Shown: piece after piece, positions 43,701-52,700 of the stretch | Position numbering within the stretch: position 1 is the stretch's first letter | How the letters are laid out: every line of letters begins with the position of its first letter | Program-made: the position numbers and the translations under genes | Notes under the pieces: generated by a model | What the model was told of the DNA's origin: nothing | What the model saw: the letters and a program-made list of their open reading frames with translations, nothing else | The model's database searches: none | Assembly: GCF_963921235.1 (NCBI RefSeq) | Contig: NC_086108.1 | Location: forward strand, 56,670,001-56,734,000 | Source: Mobula hypostoma | Lineage: Eukaryota | DNA length: 64,000 nucleotides | Direction: 5' to 3'

Positions 43701-46700
43701 GAGTGTTTCCAGAATTTTTATTTTTCATCATCAGTACTCAGTGATTTTTAGCAATGGCAGTAATTGGATCTTCTGTCTCTTCCTCTCCCAGGAAAAACCT
43801 GATCATTTACAAGCGAAGCATTTGCCCCTGTACTGACCTAATCCATTAAACTGCCAACAGTAATAGATAAATTCGTGGTGGAAGGCAAAATTCTAACAAT
43901 CACTTGGTGTTCTACAAATGTAATCCTTCATTAAGGAACTTATTGATTCTTTTTTGCCAAGAAATTTCTGCCATTTATTAACATAATATTTTCCTTTCCC
44001 TAGCCTCTCCGCCATCCTCAGGAAACAAGGGGAATTATTCTGGGTTATCATCTTTATTATCTACAAAATGGACAGAGAAAATTCATCCAGCAGAATGTAA
44101 CAGAAACCCAGTACAGCTGGAGAACACCCTGGGAATCAGACACGGTCTTCATCACCGCATTTAACTCCAAAGGAAACACAACACCCTCAGTTCTCCACAT
44201 AGGAGAAGCAAGTAATTTCTATTATTTTCAGGAGCCTTGCTCTGAAGCCAAATTCTCCATTTATTTGTATTTACACATACAACTATTTCAAGAACTGTCA
44301 TTTCCTGTCACAGGTTAGAGGCTGATATAGATTTTACTCCCACTCATTTCTTAGAACAGTCGACATTGAACAGGAAGGTGTAGATTTGACTCTGTATAGA
44401 AAAAGGGTGAGACTCTTTGATAGCAGACAATTAGAAAAGGCAATGGCAGACATTAACTCCTGCACCTACTCCATTAGAGCAAGCCCAGGAACAGAAAGTA
44501 AAACTAGGGAGCAATTTTGCTTAATGGTCCAGAAAATGATTAATAATCAGTGTATGTGGCACAGTTACCTAGCAGTTATTGGAAATTTCAAATCTAGCAT
44601 TGGCTGTACTTCTGTTTCATTGATAAACTATCTTTTTGTCTCAAGTCTTCAATGAGCAAAGATATCACACCGATTGGTGCTTAGGAATCAGGTCAAAGGG
44701 CAGAGGAAAGAGGTCAAAACCACACCATGACTGTGAGCTGAGACCAACGGTTGCTAACTTGCCTTACTGGTATAAAATAGGATTTTACTTTGTATTGGGT
44801 AGGGTATGCAGTTGTAACAGGACAAAAGGCAACATTTTTCTGCAGCAGCCTGAGCTTTTGAGTACTGGCTTCCAGTAAGGGTCTCTCGGCAATTCAATAT
44901 GCCACCCACCCTCTCGGGAAAGAAAGTGTCAGTATTGGGAGACTCAAGCATGAGAAAATCTGCAGATGCTGGAAATCCAAGCAAAACACACAAAATGCCG
45001 GAGAAACTCAGCATCTGTAGAAAGAGTAAACAGTCGGCATTTCAGCCTGAGGGTCCTGACGAAGGGTCTTGGCCTGAAACTTCAACTGTTTACCCTTTTC
45101 CATAGATGCTGCCTGGCTCGTAGGGTCCCTCCAGCATACTGCATGTAGGATTGGTTTATAAGTCCTCTTTGACACAGGTATAATGTGAACAATATGATTG
45201 AACAATATGATTGTGCTTTTATTCTCACCAAACAGAACTAAAGGCTCCCAGAAACCTGAAGGTGGAACGGGCTAAAGACTTCGGAGTACTTGTCAAATGG
45301 GAGCCACCAGATGAAACCAGTGAGCCAGTACTAGGCTATGTAGTCGACTGGATAGAAGCTACAAACAGAGACAAGGAGCTGCTTAGTTGGAAGAGACTTC
45401 CTAGAGCAAATCTTTCTTTGTTTATAGCACAGACTTCTTCATCTCAGGACTTTCTAACAGAAGAAAGTAAGTTTACAATGAACTGCAGCTGTCATTGCCT
45501 GCTGTGTCTCAGAGTCATGTCTCCATCCTCCTTAAGTAACCAGTGAATTTGAGTACTGGAGGTCACCTCCCAATACAGGAAAGTAGTTCCTGATTTTCCT
45601 GAGCAGATTTGTACTAGATTCCAGGGATTGGTCTTGGCTCCATGGTAGACTTCTACTGACTGTGCTATTGCTGTCACAGAAATATCACTGACATAGAACA
45701 AAATTACGAAAGAGGACAATAGGTATCAGACCCCCCATTGTAGTAGAGGTCATAATAGATTATACATGTGTGGATTTGTACAGAGTGTTTATTTTATATT
45801 CTTTGTGTTCTGTTGTCATAAAGCAGTTTTGTTTAATATAGCAATTTATCTTCATTATTTAGGAGGCGTTATGCCAAGAAAACGCTACAATATTTCTGTC
45901 ACTGCAGTCTACCAGAATGGACGAGGAAGATCTAGCTTAGTCCAGGGATATTCAGTAGAAGGAAGTAAGTGATTGGTATTCTTTATTCTTTATTCTTTTT
46001 TTCTATTTTTTTCATATATCTTTAATTTCCTCTCTAGCAAGTAAGAGTGACTGATTGTCAGACTTTGTTCCCTTGTCTGAGAGATCTTAGAAGCCACAGA
46101 ATCATTTAAAGATACAAAAAAATTCAAATCAGTGTTCTTCTGGGGCCCAGACACTTAACGTACATTCAAAATAATGAGAGAGAAACAGAACATACATGTC
46201 GTTATGCAAGAAAACACATGCACAGTCCGAGTCCCTAAGCAAGATGCAAATTGATGGTACAGCTCCTGGCAATCCAGCCTGTCCTTCCACCGGCCGAACA
46301 CTGGAGGGCAGCACAGATGGGACAGGCCAGCTCTGAACCGAGCACAGATGCCAAACTGCACCGCATGCAGCGTCATCTCACCGGGACTGCAGCAGCAGGC
46401 AAGCCTGCTTGAGGCCTCGTCAGTGCTACAACCTAGGCCACACTGCTGCCTCGTTACCTGTCTGTCCACCAAACAAGGGAACCAGGCCTGCGGCATCTCA
46501 CATCATCAGTGTCCAACAGAGTCCTGTGATCACAAGAGAAATTTGGGCATTCATTCACAGTCACACTGCACTCTGCTATCGCACACCAACTCTAATGTCG
46601 TTGAGTGGCAGGCAGCAGCAAGGTATGCACCCAGGTCAGCTCCTCCAAATCTTCTCTGCCCTTCCGCCAGCTTCACCTTCTCTGGCCTGAGCACCGGTTT

Positions 46701-49700
46701 CTCCTTCTCCCAGCGAAGCGCCAGCTTCTCCTTCTCGCGGCCGAGGACTGGCTTCTCCTCCCAGCTGAGCGCTAGGCGTTGCGCTTAGAGTCCAGTATAG
46801 TCTTCACATCATAAAAAACACATTTTAAAAAGAAAAGGGCACAGTATGGAAAAAACCCTTTAGCCCACCATCCAAACTGACCGTCAACCACTTATTTATA
46901 CTAAAATGACATTAATCCAATTTTTAAACTTTTTTCGTATTTTTCACCACCTCTTTCCCCACTCACATACTAGGAGTAATTAACAATGGCCAATTAATTT
47001 ACCAATCCACACATCTTTGAGATGTTGGAGGAAACGAGAGCACAAAGAGGAAACCCACACAGTCACAAGGAGAATGTGAAAATTCAGCAACAGCAGCACC
47101 CAAGGTTAGGGATTTTTAGATTATGAGAACACTCAGTCCTCTTTCATTGTCATTTAGAAATGCATACATGCATCAAGAAATGATACAATGTTTCTCTGGA
47201 GTGATATCACAGAAAACAGTACAAATCAAAGACTAACACTGACAGAACCACATAATTATAACATATAGTTACAGCATTGCAAAGCTATACCATAATTTGA
47301 TGAAGAACAAACCATGGGCACGGTAAAAAACAGTCTCAAAGTCCCCGAGTCCCCAATAGCAAAAGGGAGAAACTCCCTGCCATAAACCTCCAGGCACGGT
47401 CAACTTGCCGATGCCTTGGAAGTAGTCGACCACAGCCGACACTGAGTCCGTCCATCCGAAAAATTCAAGCCTCTGACCAGCCCCTCCGATACAGCCTCCC
47501 GAGCGCCATCCTCTGCCGAGCGCCTTCGACCTAGCCCCGGCCGCTGAAACAAGCAAAGCCGAGGATTCGGGGCCTACTGCTCCGGAGATTCCTGTTACCA
47601 CACAGTAACAGCGGCAGCGAAGCAGGCATTTCAGAAACTTTCCAGATGTTCCTCCGTACTCTCACGTCTGTCTCCATCAACTCAGAATTGTGCACGGTCC
47701 CCTACTTGACAGATTACAGATATTCATCACCGGAGAAGCTGCGCGCGCTGCCATCTTCTCCTCCATTGAACCCCATATCACTGGCTCTATTTCTACCACC
47801 TTCTTGTGTCATGTAATGTCACAATCAGTTCAATCAACCTCACGCAATGTCCCCATAGTTTGCATAAGTCACTGATCAGAACTAGGATTCCAGCTGCTTT
47901 TCTTTAAGGGCCTGACAGCAACCAGCAGCAATCCTGCTGTCATGCTCGCTCTGATCAAACAACTTAGTACAGATTAGGTTCAAGTGTAGAAACTAGGTGA
48001 TTCATTTACAAACCACACAGAACACTTGCAAACTAAGCCATTCGATGCCTGTGTTTCGTCTTTTCATTCATTTACCAGAACTCTGTCCCAATTTGAACAA
48101 CAGATAGGACATTTCTGCAGCATGGTTAACTATAGCCGGAGTACTTCACAACACGGACACATTCTCCTGTGTGATTTTTTAGATGCGTTCTCCTGTTTAG
48201 GTGTGCAGCAGAATATATATCAGCAATCTATAGTGAATTTGTAAATTCATGTCAGGCTTTTTTTTAACCTTGATTAATGCTGAACAAAACACAGAAATGT
48301 AACTCAAACAATTTGTAGAGAAGCTATAGCTTCAAGGAAACACTGAAAATAGGAGGAGTAAGAACGTTTGTAGATATGAAACAGATTCCAGGTACTAGGC
48401 ATATACAGTGGAGCTAGAAAGTTGCGAACCCTGTAGAATTTTCTCTATTTTTGCATAAGTATGACCCAAAATGTGATCAGATCTTCATCTAAGTACTAAA
48501 ACTAGATAAAGAGAAATCAATGAAATAACTAACACAAAAAAGTTATTCTTGTTCATTTATTTATTGAGAAAAATGATCTAGTATTACATGTATTTGTTGG
48601 AAAAAGTATGTGAACCTCTGGGGTAATGCCTTCTACAAAAGCTATTTGGAATCATAACCAGGTTACAGACAGCCTGCTCTTCTCAAGAAAGATCTGTTTA
48701 TGTACGTCATGCCTCAATCAAAACAAATTTCAGAGGACCCTAGACGAAGAATTGTAGAGATGCATGAGGCTGGAAAAGGCTTAAAAAGCATTTTCAAAGA
48801 CCTGAGTGTTCATCAGTCCACAGTAAGAGAAATTGTGTACAAATGGAGGAAACTCAGTACTGTTGCTACTCTCCCTAGGAGTGGGCATCCTGAAAAGATC
48901 ACATCAGGAGCACAATGTGCAATGATGAAGGAGGTGAAAAAGAACCCAAAGGTAACAGCAGAAGACCTGCGGAAATCTCTAGAACTTGCTAAAGTCTCTG
49001 TTCATGCGACCACTTCAAGAAAAACACTGAACAAGAATGGTGCTCATCGAAGGACAGCATGGAGGAAACTACTGCTCTCCAAAAAACACATTGCTGCACA
49101 TTTCAATTTTGCAAAAGACCATCTGGATGTTCTACAACACTTCTGGGACAATGCTCTGTGGACAGATGAGGCAAAAGTTTAACTTTTTGGCAGAGATGCA
49201 TGTAGCTATGTTTGGAGGAAAAAGGGAACTACACACCAATACCAAAACCTCATCCCTACTGTGAAGCATGGTGGAAGGAGCATTATATTTTGGGACTGCT
49301 TTGCTGCCTCAGGGCCTGGACAGCTTGCAATCATTGAGAGAAAAATGAATTTAAAATCGTATCAAGACATTTTACAGGAGAATGTCAGGGTAGCAGTCCG
49401 TCACCTGAAGCTTAATAGAATTTACTACAGTCCTCAAAACGACTTGCTCCTCCACCTACGCATTATCTGTAATGCAACAAGACAATGATCCAAAAGACAA
49501 GAGTAAAGCAACAGCAGAGTGATTTAAAAATAAAAAAATTTGTGTTTTGGAATGCCTGAGTCAAAGTCCTGACCTTCATCCTATAGAAATATTGTGGAAA
49601 GACCTGAAGGAACCAGTTCATGCAAGGAAACCCGCCAACATCCCAGAGTTGAAGCAGTTTTATAAGGAGGAATGGCCTAAAATTTCTCCAGGCCTCTGTA

Positions 49701-52700
49701 CAGGATTGATCAACAGTTACCAGAAACATTTGGTTGAAGTTATTGCTGTACAAGGGGGTCACACCAGTTACTGAAAGCAAAGGTTCACATACTTTTTCCA
49801 ACAAATACATGTAATATTGGATAATTTTTCTCAATAAATACATGAACAAGTATAACATTTTTGTTATTTATTTAATTAGGTTTACTTAATCCAGTTTTAG
49901 GACTTGCATGAAGATCTGATCACATTTTAGTTCATATTTATGTAGTGTTACATAACCGGCAACAGTGAATATCAATTGAGACAGGTTATATGAAAACAAC
50001 CAAACATTTATTAAACACATATAAACGATAAGGAAAAAAAAAGCAAAGGAAAACTTTAACCGGAGGCTAACAAGTACGCAGCCGTGAACCAACTCCACTC
50101 AGCTCTGATTCTTAAAGCGTTAAATGCGAAAACTGTTCTTAAAGCGATACAGTCAGATACAGTTCTTAAAGCGATAACTTCGGAAGTCCAACAGTTTTAC
50201 ACATTCAATTGGGAGTGACTTCTCTGGAGAACGATCTCTTCACAGACACACCTTTACTGCTGGTTCTGTCCACAGAATTCACGATGCCAAAAATAAACAG
50301 TTTAAATCGACTGATCTTAAATTCCTTTAGAGAGAGAGAGCACCTTTTTGCATGAACTCATTGCCCTTTTGCAAGAGTTATTTCGATGCAGGTTCTTTCT
50401 AACGAAGATTCAATAAGTTGGATTCTTTATTAAACTGCCAAACGATGCTGACTTCTCTCGATCCTTCACTTCGTTGAATTCTTCACTCTCCCTTCAAAAC
50501 TGTCGGAACTGAGTGAATTGACACTTCCAGCCACAAATTTCCAGTCCAAGTAATATGGAATCTTTCAACAGAACCTACAACCGTTTTAAAAATGAAACTG
50601 CGTCACAAAAACAAACACGCAACAGAAACGGAGGCACAACACGTTCTACCTGGAAATCTACAAACTCAAAATCCTACTGCATCACCTGGGTCGACCCTGA
50701 TATAGTCACGGGGCACATGTCATCACGTGACCTCACATTGGTGGGAAAATCACATCAGGTGACCTCCAAAAGACCATTACATCATTCTCACAAAAAAAAT
50801 CTCCTTGAGCATGTAACAGTAAAAATAGAGAAACTTCTACAGGGTTCACAACCTTTCTAGCACCTCAGTACAGTGTTGTAGAGGAGGTAATGTCTCTCAC
50901 ACAACAAGCAGGAGCAGGTTAAATCAACAATTAATGAAACCTCCCTGGGTCTGTTTTCACTTTGAAACTGGAATAATCTAAGAAGACCTTAGTCATAGTG
51001 TTCAAATGTGGCTCTGTACCAATACTTCGGTGGTGATTTAAATTTAATGTCTCCCATAAGACCATAAGACATAGGAGCAGAATTAGGTAATTTGGTCCAT
51101 CGCATCTGCTCCACCATTTCATCATGGCTGATTCAATTTTCCTCTCAGCCCCAATCTCCTGCCTTCTCCCCATATCCCTTCAGACCCTGACCAATCAAGA
51201 ATCTAATCAACCTCTGCCTTAAATATACATAAAACTTGGCCTCCATAGCTGCCTGTGGCAAAGAATTCCACAGCTTCACCACTCCAGCTAGAGAAATTCC
51301 TCCTCATCTCCATTCTAAAAGGACGTGCCTCTATTCTGAGGCTGTGTCCTCTGGTCATAGATTCTCCCACCATGGGAAATATCCTCTCCACATCCACTCT
51401 ATCAAGGTCTTTCACCATTTAATAAGTTTCAAATAAGTCACCCCTCATTTTTCTGAATTCTAGTGAATATAGGCCCAGAGCCATCAAACGCTCTTCATAT
51501 GATAAACCATTCAATCCTGGAATCATTTTTGTGAACTTCTTTTGAACTCCCTCCAGTTTCAACACATCCTTTCTCAGATAAGGGGCCAAGACTGCTGTCA
51601 ATGTTCCAACTGAGGCCTCACCAGTGCTTTATAAAGTCTCAACATTACATCCTTGCTTTTATATTCTAGTCCACTTGAAATGAATTGCCTTTGCCTTGCT
51701 CACCACAGGTTCAACCTACAAAATAACCTTCAGAGAATCCTGCACAAGGACTCCCAAGACCTTTTGCACCTCAAATTTTAGTATTTTCTCTCCATTTAGA
51801 AAAGAGTCAGCCCTTTTATTTCTTCTACCAAAGTGCATGACTGTACACTTCCTGACACTGTGTTCCATCTGCCATTTCTTTGCCCATTCTCCTAATCTGT
51901 CTAGGTCCTTCTGTAGCCTCTCTAATTCCTCAAAGCTACCTGCTCCTCCACCTACATATTGTCTGTAAACTTTGCAACAAAGCCATCTATTCCATCATCC
52001 AAATCATTGACATATAATGTAAAAAGAATTGGTCCCAACATAGACCACTGTGGAACACCACTAGTCACTGGCAGCCAGTCAGGAAAAGCTCCCTTTATTC
52101 CCACTCTTTGCCTCCTGCCAATCAGCCAGTGCTCTATCCATGCTAGAATCTTTCCTGTAATACCATAAGCTCATAGCTTGTTAAGCAGCCTCATGTGTGG
52201 CACCTTGTCAAAGGCCTTCCGAAAATCTAAGTACACAACTTAAGTTGATTCTCCTTTGTCTATCCTGCTTGTTAATTCTTCAAAGAATTCCAGCAGATTT
52301 GTCAGACAAGATTTACCCTTGAGGAAACCATGCTGACTATGGCCTATTTTACCATGTGCCTCCAAGTACCCTGAGACCTCATCCTTAATAATCGACTCCA
52401 ACATCTTCCCAACCACCAATATCAGACTAACTATAGATTACTTTCTTCTTCCTCTCTCCCTTCTTGAAGAGTGGAGCGACATTTTCAATTGTCCAGTCTT
52501 GCAGAACCATTCCAGAATCTAGAGATTCTTGAAAGATCATCACTAGTGCCTCCAAGATCTCTTCAGCCACCTCTTTCAGAGCCCTGAGGTGTACACCATC
52601 TGGTTCAGGTGATTTAGCTACCTTCAGTCCTTTCAGTTTCTCAAGAACCTCCTGTCTAGTTATGGTAACTTGACATACTTCATGCCCCCTGACAGCTGGA

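Noticed and set aside
48709..49774. Active or domesticated Tc1 transposase
   Set aside because: Stop at 49180-49182, frameshifts, a short foreign insertion near 49420-49465, and a disrupted TIR.
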